DNA of 26,825 nucleotides from Gemmatimonadota bacterium (GCA_040389905.1 JAZJZK010000062.1:1-26825), one strand, 5' to 3'. Positions 17,626 to 26,825 are shown, numbered from the stretch's first letter. Notes: generated by a model not told the origin, from the sequence alone. Numbers and translations: made by a program.

Positions 17626-19974
17626 GTGATCGGGCTGCTCCTCACTGCGCAGCTCATGGTGGTCGCTCATGCGCCGGACACGGCGACGTCGTGCGCGCCC
17701 ATTGAATTGAGCGTCGCCGCTCGCGCGCCCGGGAACGTCGCACCGCGGATCGCGCCACTGCTCTCGGCAGGGGCCATTCAGGTGCTCAAGTCGAGCATGT
17801 CGACTCGCATCGAGCGCGATGCTGCGGGTCGCCCTTCGGCACTGACCGAGCTGACGTACCTCATCACGACGGATGCGGTCGGACGCATCACCGTTCCCTC
17901 ATTTGTTGCCACGGTGGGCAATGCGCGAATGACGTCGCAGCCGTTGCCAATCGACGTCCATTCCGCGGGAAACCTGCCGCCGACGGTGATTGTGCGAGCC
18001 TGGCTCGATCGGTCCAGTCGCGGTGGGCCATCGGACACGCTGTTCGTCGGCCAGCAGGTGGACTACGTCGTCGACGTACAGTTGAATGAATCGGCACGCA
18101 ATCGCCTACGGCGCAACCCGACCTTCTTTCCGCCGGAGATGCCGGGCGTGCTGGCGTACGATCTCGCGCCGCCCACGAGCTTTGCTCGCGCCGGACGGCG
18201 GTGTTTCGAGACGCTCTCGTACCGCAGGGCGTTGTTTCCGCTCTTCGCGGGTCGTACAGCGATCGCCCCCGCAGCCCTCACGTATGCCTTGCCGTTGTCG
18301 ACGTCGTTCTTTTCCCGCGAGGAAACGTTCGAGCTTCGTACGGACAGCGTGCGCTTCGTGGCCATCGACGTGCCGGTCGAAGGTCGGCCCGCCGACTTTG
18401 CCGGCGCAGTCGGCGCTCTCTCAGCGTCGGCGCGGCTGTCGACGACCTCGGCGCGCATGGGCGATCCGGTTGTTCTGACACTCCGGCTCGAGGGCAGCGG
18501 CAATGTGAAGCTCTGGCCGCGGCCGCCGCTGTCGCTCACGTGGGCGTCGGTGGCGCAAGGTGGTGAGCGCGTGATCGTCGACACCTCGCAGGCGCGCGTG
18601 CGCGGATCGAAGGAGTTCGATTGGCTGCTCACGCCGCGTCAGGCAGGGAGTGATGCGCTGCCGCCGATTCGCTACCCCTATTTCGACGCGGAGCGTCGCG
18701 TCTACGAGACGGCAGTCACCGCACCGCTTTCACTCGACGTTGTAAAAGCGTCGCTCGCCTCTGTGGATTCAGCGCCCGTCTCGAAACTTGGCATTCGGAG
18801 GACCCTGCGCGAGGAAGTGCCTCCGCCCATTCCCTCGCGTCCGTGGTTCTGGTTGGCACTCGTGGTCGCACCGGTGCCGGCCGCCATTCGCAGCGCGCGC
18901 GAACGGGCACGCCGGCGGGTCGATCGGCGCTCTGCGATCCGTCGCTTGAAGCGCTCCGCGACCCGCTCCGAGAAGCTCACCGCGCGCGAGGTCCGCCGCA
19001 TCTTCATTGACGCAATCGGCGAACGCGTTCCGGACGCCGTCGGAAAACTGCAGAGCGCGACGCTCTCGCGGGCATTGCGCCGAAACGGCGTGACCGTAAA
19101 CACGGCGGACGATGTCGGCGCGTTTCTCGAACGATTGGACTCCGCCGCGTTTTCCCCTGCTGGCGCGGCGGCGGAGAATGTGCTCGCGGATGCATGGCGC
19201 CTGGTGAATGCAATCGACGAGCAGGCACTGTACTCCGGGAAACGCGCGCGCTGGTTCGAGGTCATGGCCATTGTATCACTGGTGGCCATTGCCGCAGCAA
19301 GCGCACTTCCCGACGGCGTGGAGAATGTGTTCAAGCAAGGGGTGGAAGCGTACGATCACGCGGCGTACACGAGTGCGCAGCGGAACTTTTCACGCGTCGT
19401 CTCCCGCGTGCCACGCGCCGTCGACGGCTGGGCAAATCTTGGCGCCTCGGCGTGGGCGCGCGGTGACAGTGCCGGCGCCGTGCGCGGATGGCAACGCGCC
19501 TTGCGGCTCGATCCGTTGGATGTCGAGACGCGCGATCGTCTGGCGTTGGTACAGGTGCCGTCGATTCGCGCACAGGGCTACGTGCCTCCCATGCCGGTGA
19601 ACATGCTGGCGATTGCGGCGTTGGTGTTCTGGTGCGCGCCGTGGGCCTTGCTGGTGGTTGCCCCTGCGAAGCGCCCCGCCAACGCGCGTGCGCTCGCCGG
19701 AGGGAGTATTGCGCTCGCCGGCGTCTTGCTTGCCGGTGCGTTGGAGATGCGAGACAGGCTCGACACTGCAGGCCTCGGCGTGCTTCGGGACTCACGTGTC
19801 CTTGTCGAGGCCCCTGGTTCGCAAACGGCCCTCGCGAGCGGTAGCGTGGGTGAGACCGGAGCCCTTGGCGCGCGCGAGGGCGGGTGGGTGAGGATCGCAC
19901 TTGATGGCGTCCGCGCGGGCTGGGTGCCAGTCACCAGTGTCCTTCCGCTCGACGGACCGTCGTTGGACGATTGA
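17626..19974 (+). CDS. BatD-like protein fused to TPR and SH3-like (BatE-like) domains
   Basis: RPADFAGAVG, GDPV.L.L.LEG.GN, YPYFD BatD-type motifs; WANLG TPR; GWVRI...GWVP SH3-like tail; GTG 17626 start inferred. Confidence 0.85.
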   Translation: MIGLLLTAQLMVVAHAPDTATSCAPIELSVAARAPGNVAPRIAPLLSAGAIQVLKSSMSTRIERDAAGRPSALTELTYLITTDAVGRITVPSFVATVGNARMTSQPLPIDVHSAGNLPPTVIVRAWLDRSSRGGPSDTLFVGQQVDYVVDVQLNESARNRLRRNPTFFPPEMPGVLAYDLAPPTSFARAGRRCFETLSYRRALFPLFAGRTAIAPAALTYALPLSTSFFSREETFELRTDSVRFVAIDVPVEGRPADFAGAVGALSASARLSTTSARMGDPVVLTLRLEGSGNVKLWPRPPLSLTWASVAQGGERVIVDTSQARVRGSKEFDWLLTPRQAGSDALPPIRYPYFDAERRVYETAVTAPLSLDVVKASLASVDSAPVSKLGIRRTLREEVPPPIPSRPWFWLALVVAPVPAAIRSARERARRRVDRRSAIRRLKRSATRSEKLTAREVRRIFIDAIGERVPDAVGKLQSATLSRALRRNGVTVNTADDVGAFLERLDSAAFSPAGAAAENVLADAWRLVNAIDEQALYSGKRARWFEVMAIVSLVAIAAASALPDGVENVFKQGVEAYDHAAYTSAQRNFSRVVSRVPRAVDGWANLGASAWARGDSAGAVRGWQRALRLDPLDVETRDRLALVQVPSIRAQGYVPPMPVNMLAIAALVFWCAPWALLVVAPAKRPANARALAGGSIALAGVLLAGALEMRDRLDTAGLGVLRDSRVLVEAPGSQTALASGSVGETGALGAREGGWVRIALDGVRAGWVPVTSVLPLDGPSLDD

Positions 19975-20000
19975 CCGTCTCATTGCCCGCCCGATAGGAT
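19971..20000 (+). promoter_or_regulatory. Putative sigma70-type promoter for the mutL operon (likely leaderless)
   Basis: TTGACC-N18-TAGGAT, ending 7 nt before the mutL ATG. Confidence 0.55.
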
Positions 20001-20007
20001 TCTCGGG

Positions 20008-21771
20008 ATGGCACGTATCGCCGTTCTCGCATCCGCAGTCGCTGATCAAATCGCCGCCGGTGAGGTGGTCGAGCGGCCGGCCTCCGCAGTGAAGGAGCTC
20101 GTGGAGAACGCGCTTGACGCGGGCGCGACAGCAATCGACGTCGTCGTGGAAGACGGCGGACGGCAATTGATCCGCGTAAGCGACGACGGCTCAGGAATGG
20201 AGCGCTCCGACGCGATTCTCGCTCTCGAACGACACGCGACGTCGAAGATCCGGCTCGCCGCGGATCTCGTCGGCGTTTCGAGCTTCGGTTTCCGTGGAGA
20301 GGCACTGCCGGCCATCTGCTCGGTCAGCCAGCTGCTGGTTGAAACCGCATTGGACGATGGCGCCGGTACGGCAATCGATGCGGCGGGAGGCGCCATCCGA
20401 GAGGTGCGCGAGATCGCTCGGCGACGTGGGACTACGGTTACCGCCGCGCACCTGTTTTTCAACGCACCGGCGCGCCAGAAATTCCTCAAGGGTCCGCGTT
20501 CGGAATGGCGCAGCGTGCTGGAGACGATGACGACGATTGCGCTCAACCGGCGGGACGTACGCCTCACGCTTCAGCATGACGGCAAGGTGGCCTTCGCGCT
20601 GCCATTGGCTCGGACGCTGCGAGATCGCGTCGCCGCGCTCTGGGGCGCGGGCGTCGCGGACCGGCTGGTCGACGTGGAGGATGTGCGCGGCACGATTCAC
20701 GTGAGCGGACTCGCCGAGCGGCCGTCGGATGTCGGGACGGCAAGCCGCCGGACCTTCCTGACCGTAAATGGACGCGTGATTCGCGACAACGGGCTCCTCC
20801 GGGCCGCCGAGATGGCGTATCGCTCGACGATTTCCGCTGGCTTGCGGCCGTCGCTGCTGCTCGAGATCGTCGTGCCGGCGGACTCCGTTGACGTCAACGT
20901 GCATCCCGCCAAGGCAGAGGTGCGATTCCGCGACCGGTGGGTGGTGGAGCGCGCCGTCGAAGACGCGGTGCGTCGCGCCCTCGGTGCGCCCGATGCGAAT
21001 GCGGCGCTTGGCGTTCGGCACTGGTCGCCGAGCGGCGCGACCTGGACGCCTGCGGTGAAAGACGTCGATCTCCTGCGTCCGGCGGCGCCGGACTCGTCGG
21101 GACTGTTCGCGGAAGTCGATGCCGCTTCACATCGCCCCGACGGCATGCCGCCCGAGCCGGTATTTCCGCCAGTGGTGGCGGACGAGCCGGTCGCACCCAT
21201 TGCGGTTCCGCCCCTGCTACAACTACGCCGCACGTACATGCTCTTCGAGCATGAGGACGGCGTGGTGCTCATCGATCAGCACTCGGCACACGAACGCGTG
21301 TTGTATGAACGATTCATGGGAATGCTCGAGCGCGGCGAAGCTCCGTCGCAGCGTCTTCTCTTTCCCCTCACGCTCCATCTGACGCCTGCGGAAGGAGAGG
21401 CATTCGAAGCCAACCGCGACCTGCTCCTGCGACTGGGATTCGAAGTCGAAGGGTTTGGCGGGAGTACTCTCATCGTGAACAGCGTCCCGATGCCACACCA
21501 CCGTTTCGATGCCGAACGTTGCCTTCGTGAAACGCTGGCGACGCTCACGGGCGATCGTGAGGGCGCTGCCCACGCGAGGCATGAGCGACTCGCGGCGACC
21601 GTCGCTTGCAAGGCAGCGATCAAGGCAGGTGACGAGATGTCGCAAGGTGAGATGCGAGCGCTGTTCGTCGCGCTCAGCGATACCCGGCTACCAGCGCACG
21701 ACGTACACGGGCGATCGACGATCGTGCAACTCTCCTGGCCCGAACTCGAGCGACGCTTTGGCCGTCAGTAA
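20008..21771 (+). CDS. mutL: DNA mismatch repair endonuclease MutL
   Basis: IAAGEVVERPASAVKELVENALDAGA, GFRGEAL, DVNVHPAK, DQHSAHERVLYE, QRLLFP, ACKAAIK. Confidence 0.97.
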   Translation: MARIAVLASAVADQIAAGEVVERPASAVKELVENALDAGATAIDVVVEDGGRQLIRVSDDGSGMERSDAILALERHATSKIRLAADLVGVSSFGFRGEALPAICSVSQLLVETALDDGAGTAIDAAGGAIREVREIARRRGTTVTAAHLFFNAPARQKFLKGPRSEWRSVLETMTTIALNRRDVRLTLQHDGKVAFALPLARTLRDRVAALWGAGVADRLVDVEDVRGTIHVSGLAERPSDVGTASRRTFLTVNGRVIRDNGLLRAAEMAYRSTISAGLRPSLLLEIVVPADSVDVNVHPAKAEVRFRDRWVVERAVEDAVRRALGAPDANAALGVRHWSPSGATWTPAVKDVDLLRPAAPDSSGLFAEVDAASHRPDGMPPEPVFPPVVADEPVAPIAVPPLLQLRRTYMLFEHEDGVVLIDQHSAHERVLYERFMGMLERGEAPSQRLLFPLTLHLTPAEGEAFEANRDLLLRLGFEVEGFGGSTLIVNSVPMPHHRFDAERCLRETLATLTGDREGAAHARHERLAATVACKAAIKAGDEMSQGEMRALFVALSDTRLPAHDVHGRSTIVQLSWPELERRFGRQ

Positions 21772-21772
21772 C

Positions 21773-22684
21773 GTGGAAGGCGCCGTTCGAGTGATTTGCG
21801 GGCCGACCGCAGCCGGCAAGACCTTCGCCGCACTCTGGTTTGCACGACAGGCCGACGTGAGCGTCATCAGCGCCGATTCTCGGCAGGTGTATCGTGGATT
21901 CGACGTTGGAACAGCCAAGCCGACGCCTAAAGAACTCACGGCTGTTCCGCACGTCGGCATCGATATCCTCGATCCGCGCCAGCGCTTCTCCGCGGCCGGT
22001 TGGGCGACCTCCGCCAACGCCTGGATTTCCGAGATCGAGGGGGCTCGCCGAGTACCAGTCGTCGTCGGCGGGACGGGGCTCTACCTCCGTGCGCTGTTCG
22101 GATCACTATTCGACGAGCCGGCGCTTGGCGAGGTGCATCGTGAGCAGTTGCAGCAGTGGCTCGATGCCCAAGGGACCGAGGAATTGCGACGATGGGTCCT
22201 CCAACTCGATCCGACGCGCGCGCACCTGGGGCGGACGCAGCTGCTTCGCGCGATCGAAATTGCTTTGCTCACGGGGCAGCGCGTCAGCGATTTGCACCGC
22301 CGAAATGCCCGAGCGCCTCTTCGCAGCGCGCGGTATCTTGTCGTCGACCCCGGACCGGTGCTGGCCGACACCATTGAACGACGTGTGCACGCCATGGTGC
22401 TCGGCGGGTGGCAAGACGAAGTCCGCCGCCTGATGTTGACCGTGCCTCCGGACGCACCTGCGTGGAACGCCACGGGATATCAGGCGATTCGTGAAGCCGT
22501 AGAGGGGAAGACATCGATCGAGGAAGCAGCGCGTCGCATCACGATCGCGACGCGGCAATACGCAAAACGACAGCGCACGTGGTTTCGGCACCAACTCGCG
22601 GGCGAAGATGTCACTCGCCTCAGCACAGACCAACCGGATTGGGCCGAGCGCGCTCTGGCCTGGTGGAAGGGAGGGGACGCGTGA
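21773..22684 (+). CDS. miaA: tRNA dimethylallyltransferase
   Basis: GPTAAGKT, SADSRQVYRG.DVGTAKP, VGGTGLY, TRQYAKRQRTWF; start GTG 21773 or TTG 21758. Confidence 0.96.
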   Translation: MEGAVRVICGPTAAGKTFAALWFARQADVSVISADSRQVYRGFDVGTAKPTPKELTAVPHVGIDILDPRQRFSAAGWATSANAWISEIEGARRVPVVVGGTGLYLRALFGSLFDEPALGEVHREQLQQWLDAQGTEELRRWVLQLDPTRAHLGRTQLLRAIEIALLTGQRVSDLHRRNARAPLRSARYLVVDPGPVLADTIERRVHAMVLGGWQDEVRRLMLTVPPDAPAWNATGYQAIREAVEGKTSIEEAARRITIATRQYAKRQRTWFRHQLAGEDVTRLSTDQPDWAERALAWWKGGDA

Positions 22685-23817
22685 AGGTTGGCATTACTTG
22701 TTATCCCACGTACGGCGGATCCGGAGCGGTCGCGACCGAGCTCGGGATCGCGCTGGCGCACCGTGGGCATGAAATCCATTTCATCACCTATCAGCAGCCA
22801 TTCCGGCTACCGTCCTTCCTGCCGCGCATCTACTTCCACGAAGTCGATGTCGGCCGATACCCATTGTTCGAGTATCCGCCGTACGACCTGGCGCTCGCCG
22901 TGCGGATGCACGAGGTCGTGCTGCGCCATGATCTCGATCTACTGCATGTGCACTACGCGATTCCACATGCGACCAGTGCGTGGATTGCCCGCGAGATGCT
23001 GGCGACGACGCGACCTGACATCAAGGTCCTCACGACGCTCCACGGGACGGATATCACCATCGTGGGACAGGATCCGTCGTTCCACGCGATCACCAAGTTC
23101 TCCATCGAGAAGTCCGATGGGCTGACCGCCGTGTCCCAGTACCTGCGGTCTGAAACGGTCACGGCGTTCGGGTGCGCCGGATGCCGCATCGAAGTAATCC
23201 CGAATTTCATCGATCCCGCCGTCTACGATCGATCGAAGTACGAGTCGCAGCTCGGCGAAGCCGCAGCGGGACGAAAGGTCTTGATGCACATCTCCAACTT
23301 TCGTCCGGTCAAGCGGGTGCGCGACGTCGTGCAGATCTACGCGCAGGTGGCCCAGTCGATTCCGAGCATTCTCGTCATGGTCGGCGATGGACCGGAACGT
23401 ATCGACGCGGAAGAGGAGGCTCGGCGTCTCGGAGTCAGCGAGAGCGTGTTCTTCCTCGGCAAGCTCGACTCTGTGGCGCCGCTCCTCGCGAGCGCGGATC
23501 TGTTCCTGCTGCCAACGGTCAGCGAGTCGTTTGGGCTCAGCGCCCTCGAGGCGCTCGCGTCCGGCGTTCCCGTCATTGGCGCGAATACTGGCGGTCTGCC
23601 CGAGGTCGTCCGGCACGGAGAGACTGGCATGCTGTGCGCGGCGGGAGATGTCGACGGCATGGCGCGAGCAGCCACGGCCTTGCTGCGCGACGAAACGGCG
23701 TGGCTGGAAATGAGCCAGCGCGCGGCCGCCGACGCGCGTGCTCGCTTCGGACAGGAGCAAGTCGTCGAACAATACGAATCCTTTTACGCGCGCGCGCTGA
23801 GCGGCGAGGTGAAATAG
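22681..23817 (+). CDS. bshA: N-acetyl-alpha-D-glucosaminyl L-malate synthase (bacillithiol pathway, GT4)
   Basis: KVGITCYPTYGGSG.VATELG, HVHYAIPHA, TTLHGTD, HISNFRPVKR, ESFGL.ALEA. Confidence 0.92.
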   Translation: MKVGITCYPTYGGSGAVATELGIALAHRGHEIHFITYQQPFRLPSFLPRIYFHEVDVGRYPLFEYPPYDLALAVRMHEVVLRHDLDLLHVHYAIPHATSAWIAREMLATTRPDIKVLTTLHGTDITIVGQDPSFHAITKFSIEKSDGLTAVSQYLRSETVTAFGCAGCRIEVIPNFIDPAVYDRSKYESQLGEAAAGRKVLMHISNFRPVKRVRDVVQIYAQVAQSIPSILVMVGDGPERIDAEEEARRLGVSESVFFLGKLDSVAPLLASADLFLLPTVSESFGLSALEALASGVPVIGANTGGLPEVVRHGETGMLCAAGDVDGMARAATALLRDETAWLEMSQRAAADARARFGQEQVVEQYESFYARALSGEVK

Positions 23818-23819
23818 AC

Positions 23820-24587
23820 ATGTCGCTCCTGCACGCGCTCATCCTCGGCATCGTTGAAGGCATCACGGAATTCCTTCCGATCTCTTCGACGGCGCACATG
23901 ATCCTTGTCAGCGAGGCGCTTCGGCTCGATTCTGAGTTCGTGAAGAGTTTCGAGATCATCATCCAGCTCGGCGCCATTCTCTCGGTCGTCGTGCTCTACT
24001 GGAAGAAGTTCTGGAAGGTCGATGTGCTGGTGAAGCTGGTCGTCGCTGTCATCCCGACGGGGATCATTGGCCTTACCGTCTACAAGGCGATCAAGGCTCG
24101 GCTGCTCGGCAATGTTCCGGTCGTGCTCGCGACGCTCTTCATCGGCGGTGTACTCCTCATTCTCTTCGAGAAGTACCAGAAGAATCGCGTTGATCGCGAT
24201 GAAGTCGATTTCGGCGAAATCACGTATGGGCGCGCATTTCTCATCGGACTGTTCCAGGCGCTCGCGGTCATACCAGGAGTCTCGCGGTCCGCGGCAACGA
24301 TCGTCGGTGGCGCGCTGATCGGCGTGTCCAAGCGGACGATCGTTGAATTCTCCTTCATGCTTGCCGTACCGACGATGCTTGCCGCTACGGGCCTCGAGTT
24401 GGTGAAGAGCCGAAGCGCGCTCGCCGGCAACTATGGCATGCTCTCCGTGGGCTTCGTCGTTAGTTTCGTCACGGCCATCATCGCGATCAAAACGTTCCTC
24501 AGTTACCTGAAGAAGCACGACTTCTCCGCCTTTGGCTGGTATCGCATCGCGCTCGCCGTGGTCTACTTTCTTGTCTTCCTCCGATAG
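23820..24587 (+). CDS. uppP: Undecaprenyl-diphosphate phosphatase (BacA family)
   Basis: GIVEGITEFLPISSTAH, IQLGAIL, PGVSRS.ATI, EFSF. Confidence 0.96.
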   Translation: MSLLHALILGIVEGITEFLPISSTAHMILVSEALRLDSEFVKSFEIIIQLGAILSVVVLYWKKFWKVDVLVKLVVAVIPTGIIGLTVYKAIKARLLGNVPVVLATLFIGGVLLILFEKYQKNRVDRDEVDFGEITYGRAFLIGLFQALAVIPGVSRSAATIVGGALIGVSKRTIVEFSFMLAVPTMLAATGLELVKSRSALAGNYGMLSVGFVVSFVTAIIAIKTFLSYLKKHDFSAFGWYRIALAVVYFLVFLR

Positions 24588-25341
24588 CGCCCGGCCGTCG
24601 TCTTTCTACGACGGCGAGTCGGTCGAAGCGCTCGCGGTGCGGTGGGAACTTCCTGCAGTCCGTGCCTTCAGCGAGGTGACATCGACGCTCGACGTTGCGC
24701 ATCGCATGGCGCCGGCCGCTCCATCGGGAACGGTGGTTCTCGCCGACGAACAGACCGCGGGCCGCGGACGTCATGGCCGGCGCTGGCAGTCGGCGCCTGG
24801 AGCGGGTGTCTGGCTCACCCTCATTGAACGTCCCTCCGACTCCCGGGCGCTGGACGTACTCGCGCTCCGCTGCGGACTCGAGGCGGCCGAGGCGCTCGAT
24901 GCACTCGCGGACGCGCCGATCCGCCTCAAATGGCCGAATGACCTCTATTCCGGCGACCGCAAACTCGCCGGCATCCTGATCGAGACGCGCTGGCGCGGAA
25001 CCGCACCGGAATGGGTGGCGATCGGATTCGGGCTCAACATCGCGTCTCCTGATCTCGAGACGGGGGTCGGTCTCCGACAGGGAACGACGCGGCTCGACGC
25101 GCTGGATCGGTTGCTCCCCGCGCTTCGTCGCGCGGCAGCGGCCACGCGTCACCTGTCTGAGGCCGAACTGACGCGCTGGCGCGCCCGCGATCTCGCAGTC
25201 GGCCGAGTCGTGACGGAGCCCGCCGACGGCGTGGTGCAAGGCATCGACGCCACAGGCGCGTTGTTGATTGATTCGGATGATCGTACGACCGGCTACCGGT
25301 CGGGATCACTCACTTTTGCCGTACCGCTCACATGCTCCTGA
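24571..25341 (+). CDS. birA: Biotin--[acetyl-CoA-carboxylase] ligase without N-terminal HTH
   Basis: QTAGRGRHGRRW, KWPNDL, KLAGILIE; start uncertain (TTG 24571 or 24532, overlapping the end of uppP). Confidence 0.92.
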   Translation: MSSSDSARPSSFYDGESVEALAVRWELPAVRAFSEVTSTLDVAHRMAPAAPSGTVVLADEQTAGRGRHGRRWQSAPGAGVWLTLIERPSDSRALDVLALRCGLEAAEALDALADAPIRLKWPNDLYSGDRKLAGILIETRWRGTAPEWVAIGFGLNIASPDLETGVGLRQGTTRLDALDRLLPALRRAAAATRHLSEAELTRWRARDLAVGRVVTEPADGVVQGIDATGALLIDSDDRTTGYRSGSLTFAVPLTCS

Positions 25342-26108
25342 CCTTCGACGTCGGCAACAGCGAAACGACACTCGGCCTCTTCGATGAAGCGGCATTGCGC
25401 GCGCATTGGCGGGTCATCACCGATGTGCCGAGATCCGCCGACGAACTGGGCGTGCTGCTCCGCGGTCTGATTTCCGGGGCAGGGGTCGATGTGGCATCCG
25501 TCCAAGGTGTGTCGATTGCGTCTGTCGTGCGCGGCATGGCAACCCACCTCGCCGAGGCGTGCCAGCGCTGGCTGCCGGTGGAGCGTCTCGAGATCTTCGA
25601 TGCGAGTTCGCCGCTGCCGATCACGCTCGCGGTGGACGAACCGCAGACGGTGGGCGCGGACCGGATCATCAACACGCTGGTCGCGAGCCGCCGCTACGAG
25701 CGCGATTGCGTCGTCGTGGATCTCGGCACGGCGACGACGTTCGACTGCATCACACGCGACGGAGTGTTTCTCGGTGGGGTGATTGCCCCGGGTGTGAGGA
25801 CCTCGGCCGAGACACTGTTTCGCCGAACGTCGAAGCTTCCGGCGACGGAATTGTTGGCGCCCGCGCACGTCATCGGCCGACGGACGGAAGACTGCATCCG
25901 CGCCGGTGTGATGTTCGGGAATGCCGACGCGATCGACGGGATCGTACATCGGATTCTTGCCGAGTGGCCGAGAGATGAGCGTCCGATGGTGATTGCGACA
26001 GGTGGTCTGGCGGAGCTGTTCGCGCCGATCTGCAAGACGTTCGAGGCGGTGGATCCATTTCTCACGCTGCATGGGTTGCGGATGGCGTTCGATCTCGTGG
26101 CGCCCTGA
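25332..26108 (+). CDS. coaX: Type III pantothenate kinase
   Basis: DVGNSET, GADRI, VVDLGTATTFD, GGVIAPG, ATGG; follows birA. Confidence 0.95.
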   Translation: MLLTFDVGNSETTLGLFDEAALRAHWRVITDVPRSADELGVLLRGLISGAGVDVASVQGVSIASVVRGMATHLAEACQRWLPVERLEIFDASSPLPITLAVDEPQTVGADRIINTLVASRRYERDCVVVDLGTATTFDCITRDGVFLGGVIAPGVRTSAETLFRRTSKLPATELLAPAHVIGRRTEDCIRAGVMFGNADAIDGIVHRILAEWPRDERPMVIATGGLAELFAPICKTFEAVDPFLTLHGLRMAFDLVAP

Positions 26109-26170
26109 TCGTCCGGATGGCGGACTGGTCAAGCAAGCATCAGTGAGGCGGTGAGTTCCGCGTCACTTGA

Positions 26171-26306
26171 ACCGCAAAGGGCGCAGAGGAGCAGAGGAAC
26201 GCAGAGGAAAAACCACGCTCGTTTTGTCGCCCTGAGCAACGCGAGGGGCCTGGACCTTCAGTTGCAGTTCCTCCGCGTACCTCCGCTCCTCTGCGCCCTC
26301 TGCGGT
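26171..26306. repeat. ACCGCAGAGG-type inverted-repeat element (family A)
   Basis: 39-nt arms 26171-26209/26268-26306, 35/39 complementary, built from GCAGAGG-like units. Confidence 0.9.
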
Positions 26307-26436
26307 AAATGGGGACAGCCATTCTACCCGGCATTGAAGGATGCGAGAGCAGATCCCAATGGATGAGTGCGTAAATAGACGCAACATGTTGTAGCAACTA
26401 GCTTTGCAGCATAGATGTAACGTCAGGTATCAGACC

Positions 26437-26465
26437 TTGTCTCCCGCAACGCGCCCGGGTATCAT
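26437..26465 (+). promoter_or_regulatory. Sigma70-type promoter for groES(L)
   Basis: TTGTCT-N17-TATCAT directly upstream of the CIRCE. Confidence 0.75.
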
Positions 26466-26474
26466 TCTAGTCTG

Positions 26475-26501
26475 TTAGCACTCGCAATCGTTGAGTGCCA
26501 A
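26475..26501 (+). promoter_or_regulatory. CIRCE element (HrcA operator)
   Basis: TTAGCACTC-N9-GAGTGCCAA, one mismatch to the consensus TTAGCACTC-N9-GAGTGCTAA. Confidence 0.95.
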
Positions 26502-26545
26502 CGCAGAGTTGATACCCATTTCCATTGAACGGAGGCGCACCACCT

Positions 26546-26825
26546 ATGGCCACCAAGAGCGCGGCGGGCGCGAACATCAAGCCGCTGTCGGACCGGGTTG
26601 TCGTGAAGGCAACCGAAGACGGAGAGCAGATGCGCGGCGGGTTGTACATCCCGGACACCGCGAAGGAAAAGCCGCAGCAGGGCGAGATCGTCGCTGCTGG
26701 GCCGGGCAAGTACGAGGACGGCAAGCTCGTCCCGATGTCCGTGAAGGTTGGGGACAAGGTGCTGTACGGAAAGTACAGCGGCACCGAGATCACGCTCGAC
26801 AACGAGCAGTACCTGATCCTCCGCG
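26546..26825 (+). CDS. groES: Co-chaperonin GroES (3'-truncated by the window edge)
   Basis: Translated by hand: [54 protein letters not shown]...[33 protein letters not shown] at 26531-26535. Confidence 0.97.
   Translation, partial: MATKSAAGANIKPLSDRVVVKATEDGEQMRGGLYIPDTAKEKPQQGEIVAAGPGKYEDGKLVPMSVKVGDKVLYGKYSGTEITLDNEQYLILR

Noticed and set aside
24532..24587. birA/uppP overlap as a recoding signal
   Set aside because: A TTG start at 24571 explains it as routine overlap, and no slippery site is evident.
26382..26391. CAACATGTTG palindrome upstream of the groES promoter
   Set aside because: A single 10-bp palindrome with no recognised operator match; CIRCE already accounts for regulation.
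26467..26802. 111-aa minus-strand ORF
   Set aside because: It is antisense to groES, which the ORF track missed because the gene runs off the window.

Overview
GC-rich bacterial chromosomal segment; gene order and protein style suggest Gemmatimonadota, which is an inference and was not searched. It opens with two tRNA-Ser genes (CGA, GGA) and their terminator. A ~2.8 kb accessory stretch follows, holding nested palindromic repeats, a ~900 bp degenerate 21-nt-periodic array, a structured leader and an uncharacterised helical, basic protein. The rest is housekeeping: GDPD, pyrR-pyrB-pyrC-class II aldolase-Zn-ribbon protein, rpsT (minus strand), site-2 protease-scpA-scpB-rluB, a MoxR/DUF58/vWA Bat-type operon with fused genes, mutL-miaA-bshA-uppP-birA-coaX, and a CIRCE-controlled groES cut by the window edge. 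Two families of non-autonomous palindromic repeats are dispersed and nest into each other, and one copy lies exactly in frame inside a predicted coding N-terminus. The best novelty candidate is the 21-nt array, leader and helical protein module next to the tRNAs. No CRISPR array, integrase or transposase was seen.
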